From Victivallales bacterium (GTDB taxonomy: Bacteria > Verrucomicrobiota > Lentisphaeria > Victivallales > UBA1829), in the NCBI GenBank assembly GCA_045639325.1, contig JAZUCU010000023.1:1-62469 (forward strand): 62,469 nt of DNA, read 5' to 3'. Made by a program: the position numbers and the translations under genes. Shown in pieces: positions 52,117 to 60,637 of this stretch (position 1 is the stretch's first letter; every line of letters begins with the position of its first letter). The notes below the pieces were generated by a model. The model did not search any database. It had not been told where the DNA came from and saw only the letters and a program-made list of their open reading frames with translations.

Positions 52117-53244
52117 ATGAGTGATTATGATTGGAAGAAGGAACGGGAAAAATTCCGTACAAACTTGACATCTGCCGCTTCACAGAAAACAGAAAACGCC
52201 AATGGCAATTTTTCCACTGCAGATACCGCAGGTAAAAAGATTGCCGGAAAAGGTGGACTGCGGCTTGTCATAGCGGGTTTTCTTGTTCTTCTTGCCGTTG
52301 GAATCTGGATGTTTGTCTCGCACAATTCCAATAACAGCACTGCCGCATTTGTCAAGGTTGCGGAACAGAAAAAAAAGGCTCTCGGACTTGTTGTACTGGT
52401 TATCGAAACAAAGGATCATCAAAAAGTTTCTTTGCCTTGCGGTACGGCCTGGGCTTTTTCTGACAAGCAGTTCGCGACCAATGGACATGTTGCCGCAGGT
52501 ATACAAGAAACATTGGCTGATTTTATCGCAAACAATGCCAACGAACTGCTGGCACAGGAGGCAAAAAAAAACAACTGCCAATCCGTTGATGATTACCTGA
52601 AGAAACTCGGCGAACAGAAAGCCGGAGAAACGGTAAAAAGCGCAACGCAATTCGTTATCAGCAAAATCAGCAGCGTCCAGGCAGAAATCATCATTAACGG
52701 CACAAAAAAACAGAGCTATACCGTGACCCATGTCCAAATACACAAAGGATATGGCGCTGTCGATACAAAATTCGATCCCGATGTGGCTGTCCTGACAATC
52801 AAAGAAAAGCATGACTGTTATTTCTCTATCGCAGATCAGAAAACTTTGGGAAATCTCAAATCCGGTATCCCCGTTGCATTCCTCGGTTTCCCGACAGAAG
52901 GTTTGCGGCAGGATAATGTGAACATTGATAACCCCATCGCATCCATGCAAACCGGGATCATTGTCGCCGTCAGCGACTTTGAAATGAAAGACGCGGGGCA
53001 ATCCGGCAATTTCCTCATCCGTCACAGCCTGCCTGCAACCGGTGGCGCAAGCGGATCTCCCATTTTCAACCAGAAAGGGGAAGTCCTTGCCTTGCTTTAT
53101 GCGGGGAATGTAATCGGACAAATCAACGCTGACGGCAAAGTACAGCGTGCTCCCTCCGCCGCCATGATCAATTTCGGCGTCCGCGTGGATTTGATTTCAG
53201 GCATGGCAGCTCCCGTTGCCATAGAAAAATTCTTAAGTCTTTAA
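52117..53244 (+). CDS. Membrane-anchored (N-in) trypsin-like serine protease (S1/trypsin_2-like)
   Basis: Catalytic triad context TNGHVAAG (His), DVAVLTI (Asp), GASGSPIF (Ser). N-terminal cytoplasmic motif MSDYDWKKEREK, then a TM helix. Confidence 0.7.
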   Translation: MSDYDWKKEREKFRTNLTSAASQKTENANGNFSTADTAGKKIAGKGGLRLVIAGFLVLLAVGIWMFVSHNSNNSTAAFVKVAEQKKKALGLVVLVIETKDHQKVSLPCGTAWAFSDKQFATNGHVAAGIQETLADFIANNANELLAQEAKKNNCQSVDDYLKKLGEQKAGETVKSATQFVISKISSVQAEIIINGTKKQSYTVTHVQIHKGYGAVDTKFDPDVAVLTIKEKHDCYFSIADQKTLGNLKSGIPVAFLGFPTEGLRQDNVNIDNPIASMQTGIIVAVSDFEMKDAGQSGNFLIRHSLPATGGASGSPIFNQKGEVLALLYAGNVIGQINADGKVQRAPSAAMINFGVRVDLISGMAAPVAIEKFLSL

Positions 53245-53265
53245 CATTCTTTTAACGAGGCAAAA

Positions 53266-55170
53266 ATGAAAGAATATAACTGGCGTGAAGAACGCAAAAA
53301 CAGATACTCCAACACCCCACACGCAAATGGAAATAATGCAGGAGGATACTCCACTCCCCCCGCCTCAAGCGGCGGCGGCAATGCATTAAAAATCATTCTC
53401 TTCCTCATCATCCTTGCAGGTATTGGCGGCGCAGGATTTTATTATTTCAACAAAAAATCAACCGTTCTCCCGCTTGCTCCCGCACCCGCTGCATATTCTG
53501 TAAACACTCCTGTTGCATCGCAATCGCTTCCGACTCCCGTTGCAAGTGATTCTCCGGCAAAGGAATATGTTCTGCCGGAAATCACAGTACATTACCAGAG
53601 CGGCCCCACTGAAAATGATGAGTACGGTATTATGAATGTGTACGAATCCGGAAAAAGAAAGCAGCTCAAAGCTCCGGCTGTCACGGATGAAGAATTGAGC
53701 AATCATAAGCATAAAAATGCTCTTCTCCAACTGAAGAATAATGCCGTTAACACGCTCAAATTCTTCGCCGGCACATTCGATTATCGTTCTTATGATAACA
53801 AGAACGGTTCTTACAAAATGCATTACACCATTAAAGAATGCACCATTGATCAGAACGGGAAAAAAACTGTTGAAAGCGTAAATAACGCTTATGAACATGC
53901 TGACCCGCTTGGTAATGGCATATTTGATATACACTTTGCTTTTTCTCCCGAAAATATTCATCAGGATACTGTCACTCACGAATTTACCCATGCCGTCACA
54001 GATTACAGAATTAACGATGGCGATAGGAGCACTTTGATTTACGCAGGTCATTCCGGTGCACTCCATGAATCGTTTTCTGATATTTTTGCCTGTCTCCATC
54101 ATATCGAAACAAATCCGGGTTTAACCAGAGAACAGCGTTGGAGTTTTGCAAATGGATCCCGGGATCTTGCAAATCCGGGATCAAAAGTCTCATACGCCGG
54201 CGCCAGATATCCATCTTACTACAAGCAGAATGATGAAAACGGAAAATGGCTTGATCCTTCATCAAATCGTGACGGGGGATATGTACACCATAATATGTCC
54301 GTCCTCTGTAAATTTGCATATCTGATTTGCGAAGGTGATACATTCCGCGGTCAGACGATCAAACCTATGGGGCATATCAAAACCAGAAAACTCTTCTGGC
54401 AGCTTCAGGACAGCAATTATATTGACGTTGCACAGCATTTTGATAATCTCGCAGACAAGATCATTTTTGCCGCAAATGATGCAAAGTTCAGTGAAGATGA
54501 TCTGGTTAATATCAAAAATGCATGTCTGGCTGTCAATCTGCCGATCGATGACAAAATTCTGCAGCTTTTTGATTCCTATGAGAAACAGAATAATACAGGA
54601 AAATTCTCTGCTTCTCTTAAATATGCCTTTACGCCAAAAGCAGTAACAGAAAATGTCCGGATCAATTCAGAAGAGACATTCCGGAACCTGTTCAAAGGCG
54701 AAGAAATCGGAAAAATCTTTGTGAAGCAGAGCGGCGTAAGTGCAAATCCCGGTAGCGATGCCTATAAATATACTGCCCGGAATGTTTCATCCCTGCCGAA
54801 TGCGTTTGGCAGTGGCAGCAGCAAATATTATCAGACAACGCAATGTGTTTCCAATATCCCCGTCTTTGCATCTTCCGCAGTCGTCAGAGTCGATCAGAAA
54901 GGCGAAGTTACACGCTTCAGCAAAAACTTCTCCAGCCGCGCAAAAAACACAAGCATCACACTCAAGTCGTTCCCCGATTCTCTCAAAAAAGAGGTGTTGA
55001 AAAATCAGGAAGTCCGGAATGTCAGCAACTATATCTTTGACCCGGCTCTGCTCCGTATGAAAGGTGCTCCCACCGTCGTCTGGATGGTGGATACACCCGC
55101 CCATCGCTACCTGATCGATCAGAAAAGCGGTAAGGTCGTTTATGACTACCCGCTGATTATTAAAGACTAA
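53266..55170 (+). CDS. Membrane-anchored (N-in) thermolysin-like M4 zinc metalloprotease with an extra C-terminal domain
   Basis: VTHEFTHAVTDY...GALHESFSDIF matches thermolysin (HELTHAVTDY...GAINEAISDIF). N-terminal motif MKEYNWREERKN plus a TM helix. The last ~110 aa are paralogous to the 55180 lipoprotein. Confidence 0.75.
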   Translation: MKEYNWREERKNRYSNTPHANGNNAGGYSTPPASSGGGNALKIILFLIILAGIGGAGFYYFNKKSTVLPLAPAPAAYSVNTPVASQSLPTPVASDSPAKEYVLPEITVHYQSGPTENDEYGIMNVYESGKRKQLKAPAVTDEELSNHKHKNALLQLKNNAVNTLKFFAGTFDYRSYDNKNGSYKMHYTIKECTIDQNGKKTVESVNNAYEHADPLGNGIFDIHFAFSPENIHQDTVTHEFTHAVTDYRINDGDRSTLIYAGHSGALHESFSDIFACLHHIETNPGLTREQRWSFANGSRDLANPGSKVSYAGARYPSYYKQNDENGKWLDPSSNRDGGYVHHNMSVLCKFAYLICEGDTFRGQTIKPMGHIKTRKLFWQLQDSNYIDVAQHFDNLADKIIFAANDAKFSEDDLVNIKNACLAVNLPIDDKILQLFDSYEKQNNTGKFSASLKYAFTPKAVTENVRINSEETFRNLFKGEEIGKIFVKQSGVSANPGSDAYKYTARNVSSLPNAFGSGSSKYYQTTQCVSNIPVFASSAVVRVDQKGEVTRFSKNFSSRAKNTSITLKSFPDSLKKEVLKNQEVRNVSNYIFDPALLRMKGAPTVVWMVDTPAHRYLIDQKSGKVVYDYPLIIKD

Positions 55171-55179
55171 GGAGTTTTT

Positions 55180-55830
55180 ATGATACAATCAATTTTTTCA
55201 ATTGCCGCACTCGCCGTTATGATGCTGTTCATCGGTTGTGATAAGAAAACACCGATTGCTCCGGCAGAACCGGAAAAGAAAGCACCTGCAAAACAAATAC
55301 AGTTGAACGCACTGCTTCAATTCAAAGATCCGGAAATGAAAAAGCTGTTTGCAGAAAAGAAAATCGATCTGCAGAATCTCTCCGTTTCCGGCAAAAAAGA
55401 TTTGGAAAAACTCTTTGGAAATATCATAGAATGTAACGTCAGAGAAAAACCGGCAAGTATCGGTGCCAAAGATAAAACTTTCTTTATCGATCAGAATGTG
55501 AAAGGAATCCCCGTGTACGCTGCAACCGCTGTCCTGCGTTGCAGTGCGGATGGTAAAGTGAAATATTTCAGCTGTAATTTCTCTTCTGCTGCATTGAAAC
55601 TGCAGGCAAAGCCCCGCAAGCTCACGCCGGAACTTCAAACCAAACTTTTCGGAAAAACAAAAACAACCTGTAATGGTGATATGATTTTCGATCCCGTACT
55701 GGTCAATCTGAAAGGCAACACCGCTCTGACGTGGAAATTTACAAACGATATGGAAGTCGTACTGATTGATCAAACAACGGAAAAGAAAGTCTTTGTTCTG
55801 CCCCTTTCCACTTCCATGAAAGCGTTGTAA
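55180..55830 (+). CDS. Lipoprotein paralogous to the C-terminal domain of the M4 protease
   Basis: Lipobox FIGC. IPVYAATAVLRCSADGKVKYFSCNFSS / IFDPVLVNLKGNTALTWKF / VLIDQTTEKKVF align to VFASSAVVRVDQKGEVTRFSKNFSS / IFDPALLRMKGAPTVVWMV / YLIDQKSGKVVY of the protease. Confidence 0.55.
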   Translation: MIQSIFSIAALAVMMLFIGCDKKTPIAPAEPEKKAPAKQIQLNALLQFKDPEMKKLFAEKKIDLQNLSVSGKKDLEKLFGNIIECNVREKPASIGAKDKTFFIDQNVKGIPVYAATAVLRCSADGKVKYFSCNFSSAALKLQAKPRKLTPELQTKLFGKTKTTCNGDMIFDPVLVNLKGNTALTWKFTNDMEVVLIDQTTEKKVFVLPLSTSMKAL

Positions 55831-55923
55831 TACCGGACACAGCATTTTTTTTCTTGCAGAAATTTGAAATATATCACTTCAGGGAGTATATTACTGTATA
55901 TTGATAAACTCTTTTGAGGAGGT

Positions 55924-56469
55924 TTGATGATGGTGAAAAAATTCTTTTTATATGGTTCTCTCATGCTCTTGACTTTCCCCGCTCTGCAGGCGCAGTCCGG
56001 TAATAACCGCAATGTCCGTTATATCGAAAATCTGACCGCTCAGCTGACACAGGTCGTCCGCTCCGTTCAGGATGAAAATGCGCATTTGGAAATGAAAGTA
56101 TCGGAACTGCAGCGTCAAGTGAAGGAACTTGCCGCCAAGAATAAAGAAATGGAACAGGAAATGCAGCGTTTGAAACGTCAGAATGCTGCCGAAGCGGAAG
56201 CACGGGAAGCCCAATTGCGCGAAATCTCCAAGCAGATCAAGCGTCTGGCTTCTCTCCCGCCGCCTGCCGCTCCTGCCGCCACCACACCGGGGAAAAAATC
56301 CGATGCCGGATCCAATCAGAACTATGAGATTTTTGAAGTTCCCAAAGGCGCAACACTCAGTGCCATTGCAAAAGCGTATAACGTTTCCGTGCAATCCATC
56401 AAACGCGCCAATAATATGAAAGATAATAACTTACGGGTCGGTCAGAAACTTAAAATCCCCGTAAAATAA
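55924..56469 (+). CDS. Secreted coiled-coil protein with C-terminal LysM peptidoglycan-binding domain
   Basis: Signal peptide, heptad-rich segment, and LysM (YEIFEVPKGATLSAIAKAYNVSVQSIKRANNM...GQKLKIP). Confidence 0.7.
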   Translation: MMMVKKFFLYGSLMLLTFPALQAQSGNNRNVRYIENLTAQLTQVVRSVQDENAHLEMKVSELQRQVKELAAKNKEMEQEMQRLKRQNAAEAEAREAQLREISKQIKRLASLPPPAAPAATTPGKKSDAGSNQNYEIFEVPKGATLSAIAKAYNVSVQSIKRANNMKDNNLRVGQKLKIPVK

Positions 56470-56486
56470 TTCAGGAGAAAGTTCTT

Positions 56487-59400
56487 ATGACAGAATCCAC
56501 GCCGTTTTCCGAACGGTGTCTGCCGATTTCAGCATCCGTTTTCCTGGAAGTCTTTCTGGATGCGATGCTGTTGATCCTGGCGTGCCGTCAGGCGGGGGCA
56601 GACCTTATTTTCGAAGGAAATATCTTAAACTTTTGTACCTGCCTGGCTCTGCCGTTTTTTATCGTCCTTTTTCCCGCCGGATATCTTGCCGACCATCTGC
56701 CGAAAAGAACGGTGATTATCCTCAGCCGGATTTTTCAGTTCCTTATTCTGCTGATTGCTATCGCCCTGCTGCCGCTCACCGGCGGAAAATGGATGATTCC
56801 TGCCCTGTTGACTCTCTTCTCCATGAATGCAGCCTGTTATCTGCCTGCTTTTCATGGCTTGCTCCCCGAAACATTCCGCGAGAACGAACTTTCAAACGCA
56901 AACGGATGGTGCGGGTTTGCATTCTTCGCCGCAATTGCATGCTGCATCCCTGTTATTACATTCTTCCCATGGGTAGGTGACAGCGATATTCGCGATACTT
57001 TGTGGATTTTTACGGTCGTCTCCTTCATCGGAATCATTGTATCCTACCGCATCCGCCACTCCATCGCGGCTTTTCAGCGTCAAAAAGAACTGAGCTATTC
57101 CCCTGTAAAAGCTGTAAACGTCGGGATACGCGAAGTTTTCCGGCGTTCTTCCCTCTTCCTCACGGCGTTGGGGGATAATCTGTTTCTGACTCTCGGCGGC
57201 GGCATGCTGTATCTGATTGCCTCCATCATCATGGCGGAATGCAGTCAGCGCAGCAGTGTACAGATTGCATTATTCACACCCGCTCTCGGCTGTGCAATCG
57301 GCTGTCTCCTGGCTGGAAAATTATCCGGACGCAAAATCGAACTGGGCTTGATTCCTTTCGGCGCATTCGGTATCGCTGTGGCTTTGCCCTTTGCCGCATT
57401 TTTCCGCAGCGAACCCACAACTTTGACTCTGACAATTCCCCGGCTCTACAACGGAACTGTGGAACTTTATATCCCCGCCATTCTGCTGCTGCTGATTGCC
57501 GGAATCTGCGGCGGCTTGTTCCTCGTTCCCGTTCGTTCCTACTTCCAACAGCGTCTGATGCCTCATGTAACCGGTGCCGCAATTGCGGTCAATCATGCAT
57601 TCGGATTCATTATCATGCTGCTGGTCATGGGCTTTGTGATCCGTTCCGTTCCCATTCCATATGACAGGGCAACCTGCTCCTTTTCTCCCTTCGGAATCAT
57701 TGCATTGCTTGGTTTTATCACCTTCCTGGCAACTTTTGTCACCATGTGGATTCTCCCCGGATTTGCATTGCGTTTCCTCACAATCACCCTCGGCAATCTG
57801 GTATACCGGATCTCCATTCACGGGGAGGAAAATATCCCCGAACGCGGCGGCGCTCTCCTCCTTTCCAATCATGTGTCTTTTATCGACAGTATCCTCATCA
57901 GTGCAGGTTCATCCCGACGGATCCGTTTCCTGATGCAGGAAAATTATTTCCGTTATCCCTGGCTCAGCTTTATCGCCCGGCTGACCGGTTTTATCCGCGT
58001 CCCCAATGCCGGCAAGGATAAAATGAACAGAATGTTTGAAGAAGTTCGTAACGCCTTGCGCAATGGCGACATCATCTGCGCTTTCCCCGAAGGCAAAATG
58101 ACGCGTAACGGCGTCCTGGGCCAATTCCACTCCGGTTTCATGCGGATGCTCCCGCCGGAAATGGATGTCCCTGTCATTCCCGTTTGTATCGGCAGTATGT
58201 GGGGCAGTATTTTCTCTTATGCCAAAGGAAAAATCAAATTCCATATCCCACGGGAAATGCCATTCCATGTCTCCGTTTCATTCGGCAAACCGTTGAAAAA
58301 GAATTGCTCTGCCTTCCACGTCAGACAGGCAGTCACAGAACTTGCCGCAGAAAGCAATATGCCCCGCCAACCGAAAGAACGGACGCTCCATTATTCCGTT
58401 CTCCGCCAGACAAGTCAGCACCCGTTCAAAGTCCGCCTCCGGGATTATGACGGTACGTCTTACAGCATGCTTCAAATCGCGTCTTCCGCCATCCTCATCA
58501 GCCGCGAAATACGCAAGCATGTGGCATCCGACATCGAACATACCGGCATCCTGCTCCCCAATTCTGCGCTGCAGGGCGTTGCCATTCTTTCCGTTCTCTA
58601 TGCGGATAAAGTCCCGGCCATTCTGAACCCCACAACTGCCGCGTCTGTCTTTGAGGCATCCGTCAAAAAGGCAAATATCACTCATATCCTGACCACCCAC
58701 GCTTATGAAGCCCGCTGCCCCATGCGATCCGGAGTCACATTACTTTATCTGGATGATATTCTTGCGCAGATTCCCCGCTGGAAGAAATTCTTCCTTTCCG
58801 CAGCCATTCTGCTGCTGCCAGTGAAAGAATTGATTGCCCTGATTTCACCCCTCAGCGGCGACCATGTCTTCGGAACTGCTGCTCTCCTCTTCTCCAGCGG
58901 TTCAACGGGAAATCCAAAAGGCGTCATGCTCACGCATCACAACATGTACACCAACGTGCTGGCAACGGCAGAATTGTTGAATATCACTTCCGACCATGAT
59001 CACATCCTGGGCAATCTCCCGTTGTTCCACTCTTTCGGTTTGAATACCGGATTCTGGCTCCCCATGCTCAGACGGTGCAATGTGACTTATGTCGATAACC
59101 CCCTTGATGCCGCAAAAGTCAAAATGGCATTGAAAAATAACCGCATCACCATGCTCTTTGCCACACCGTCCTTCCTCCAGATTTATCTGAAAAAATGCCC
59201 GGCGGAATATTTCAGATCTTTACGCATCACCGTCACCGGTGCGGAAAAACTCCGATCCGGACTGCTCGAAAAATTCAAAGAAACCGTGGAAGGCAAAAAG
59301 CAAATCGTCGAAGCATACGGCTGTACCGAACTCTCTCCCATGGTGACTTTGAACCTGGCAGAACAGATTTCCAATCTCGGAACCGTAGTCGGTAAGGCAG

Positions 59401-59963
59401 ATTCCATCGGCGTTTCTCTCAACAACATCTCGGCAAAAGTCGTCGATCCTCTGACTTATGAGCCCGTCGAAGCCGATACAGAAGGAATCCTCGTCGTCAA
59501 AGGCCCAAGCGTCATGAAAGGTTATCTCAATGACCCCGAATTGACGGATAAAGTCCTGCATGACGGCTATTATGATACCGGCGACGTGGTGAAAATGGAT
59601 GAAAAAGGATATGTCACCATTTGCGGCCGTCTCTCCCGGTTCAGTAAAATCGCCGGGGAAATGGTTCCTCATGAAATGGTCGAACATATTATCAACGAAC
59701 TCGCCTGTCCCGAAGGGCGCGGCGTGGCAGTCTGCGGTGTGCCTGACCCGACAAAAGGCGAAGCTCTTCTCGTCCTCTACACTTCCGAAATGCGTCTGAC
59801 ACCGGAAAATGTCGTGGCAGAACTGCGGGAACGGAGTATTTCCAACCTCTGGATTCCCAAAGCCGCCAGTTTCCACCGGATCGACTCGCTCCCGCTTCTG
59901 GGCAGCGGCAAACTGGATCTGGTTGCCTTGCGCAAACTTGCCGATCAAATCGTCAAGGAATAA
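56487..59963 (+). CDS. aas: Tri-domain fusion: lysophospholipid transporter LplT (MFS), PlsC-type acyltransferase and acyl-ACP synthetase (Aas-like)
   Basis: N-terminal MFS-like TM region. Acyltransferase motifs LSNHVSFIDS and FPEGKMTRNG. AMP-binding motifs SSGSTGNPKGVMLTHHN, YGCTELSP and TGDVVKMDEKGYV. Confidence 0.75.
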   Translation: MTESTPFSERCLPISASVFLEVFLDAMLLILACRQAGADLIFEGNILNFCTCLALPFFIVLFPAGYLADHLPKRTVIILSRIFQFLILLIAIALLPLTGGKWMIPALLTLFSMNAACYLPAFHGLLPETFRENELSNANGWCGFAFFAAIACCIPVITFFPWVGDSDIRDTLWIFTVVSFIGIIVSYRIRHSIAAFQRQKELSYSPVKAVNVGIREVFRRSSLFLTALGDNLFLTLGGGMLYLIASIIMAECSQRSSVQIALFTPALGCAIGCLLAGKLSGRKIELGLIPFGAFGIAVALPFAAFFRSEPTTLTLTIPRLYNGTVELYIPAILLLLIAGICGGLFLVPVRSYFQQRLMPHVTGAAIAVNHAFGFIIMLLVMGFVIRSVPIPYDRATCSFSPFGIIALLGFITFLATFVTMWILPGFALRFLTITLGNLVYRISIHGEENIPERGGALLLSNHVSFIDSILISAGSSRRIRFLMQENYFRYPWLSFIARLTGFIRVPNAGKDKMNRMFEEVRNALRNGDIICAFPEGKMTRNGVLGQFHSGFMRMLPPEMDVPVIPVCIGSMWGSIFSYAKGKIKFHIPREMPFHVSVSFGKPLKKNCSAFHVRQAVTELAAESNMPRQPKERTLHYSVLRQTSQHPFKVRLRDYDGTSYSMLQIASSAILISREIRKHVASDIEHTGILLPNSALQGVAILSVLYADKVPAILNPTTAASVFEASVKKANITHILTTHAYEARCPMRSGVTLLYLDDILAQIPRWKKFFLSAAILLLPVKELIALISPLSGDHVFGTAALLFSSGSTGNPKGVMLTHHNMYTNVLATAELLNITSDHDHILGNLPLFHSFGLNTGFWLPMLRRCNVTYVDNPLDAAKVKMALKNNRITMLFATPSFLQIYLKKCPAEYFRSLRITVTGAEKLRSGLLEKFKETVEGKKQIVEAYGCTELSPMVTLNLAEQISNLGTVVGKADSIGVSLNNISAKVVDPLTYEPVEADTEGILVVKGPSVMKGYLNDPELTDKVLHDGYYDTGDVVKMDEKGYVTICGRLSRFSKIAGEMVPHEMVEHIINELACPEGRGVAVCGVPDPTKGEALLVLYTSEMRLTPENVVAELRERSISNLWIPKAASFHRIDSLPLLGSGKLDLVALRKLADQIVKE

Positions 59964-60082
59964 AAAATGCCTCTTCGACGTTTTGTTCCATAAAATCAAA
60001 TCTTATTTGAGTTTAATATTCTCTGAAATTTATGCCTTTTCGATTTTAAATACCCTCGGATTTATACAAGAAAAGAACTCAA

Positions 60083-60437
60083 CGTCCGAATAAGCTGAGA
60101 TGAATCTAGAACCAGTGCCAACGGCACGGCACAGTACAGCCCAGGGTGAAGCGTCAGCGAGAACCCTGGGTATAAGACATCGAACTACATTGATTAAGAC
60201 CGGCATTGACGGATATGGCGTTCCGGTACGGAATGGCATATTCGTCAATGCAATGAGTTTCGGGGTCCATCATTGCCACCACGATGCCGCCTGTTTCTTA
60301 CGAAACGCCGTCAACGCGGTGGCTGTCATTATGCAAATTCAAAGGACTTATACCCAGGGTTACGCTTCGCTCACCCTGGGCTTTACTGTGCCGTGCCGTT
60401 GGCACTGGTTTTAGATTTATCTCTGCATTTACGGACA
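60083..60437. repeat. ~350-bp imperfect palindromic element: ~100-bp inverted arms (including a perfect 26-bp core) around a ~165-bp centre; MITE-like or structured-RNA candidate
   Basis: 'aaccagtgccaacggcacggcacagt' (60109-60134) is the exact reverse complement of 60385-60410. Arm similarity extends out to ~60083 and ~60437. Internal hairpins 'cccagggt..accctggg'. A partial copy lies at 1-290. Confidence 0.65.
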
Positions 60438-60637
60438 GATTAGTTTTATGTGCGCCATCGGACTTTTTCAAATCCGTCTTTCAACTTATTGTACTTTTAT
60501 ACTCACTTATGGCATAAACCGTCGATGAACCCAAAATCCGCATAAAATCTCCACAAATTCTCCGCTATAAGAGGTCACCAGACCTCCGCCGGAGAAAGAA
60601 AAGCACTTGGAACACATTGTATTACAACAGTGGTGTA

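Noticed and set aside
59220-59999. 259-aa minus-strand ORF inside the aas-like gene
   Set aside because: Antisense to the strongly supported AMP-binding domain. It is a shadow ORF.
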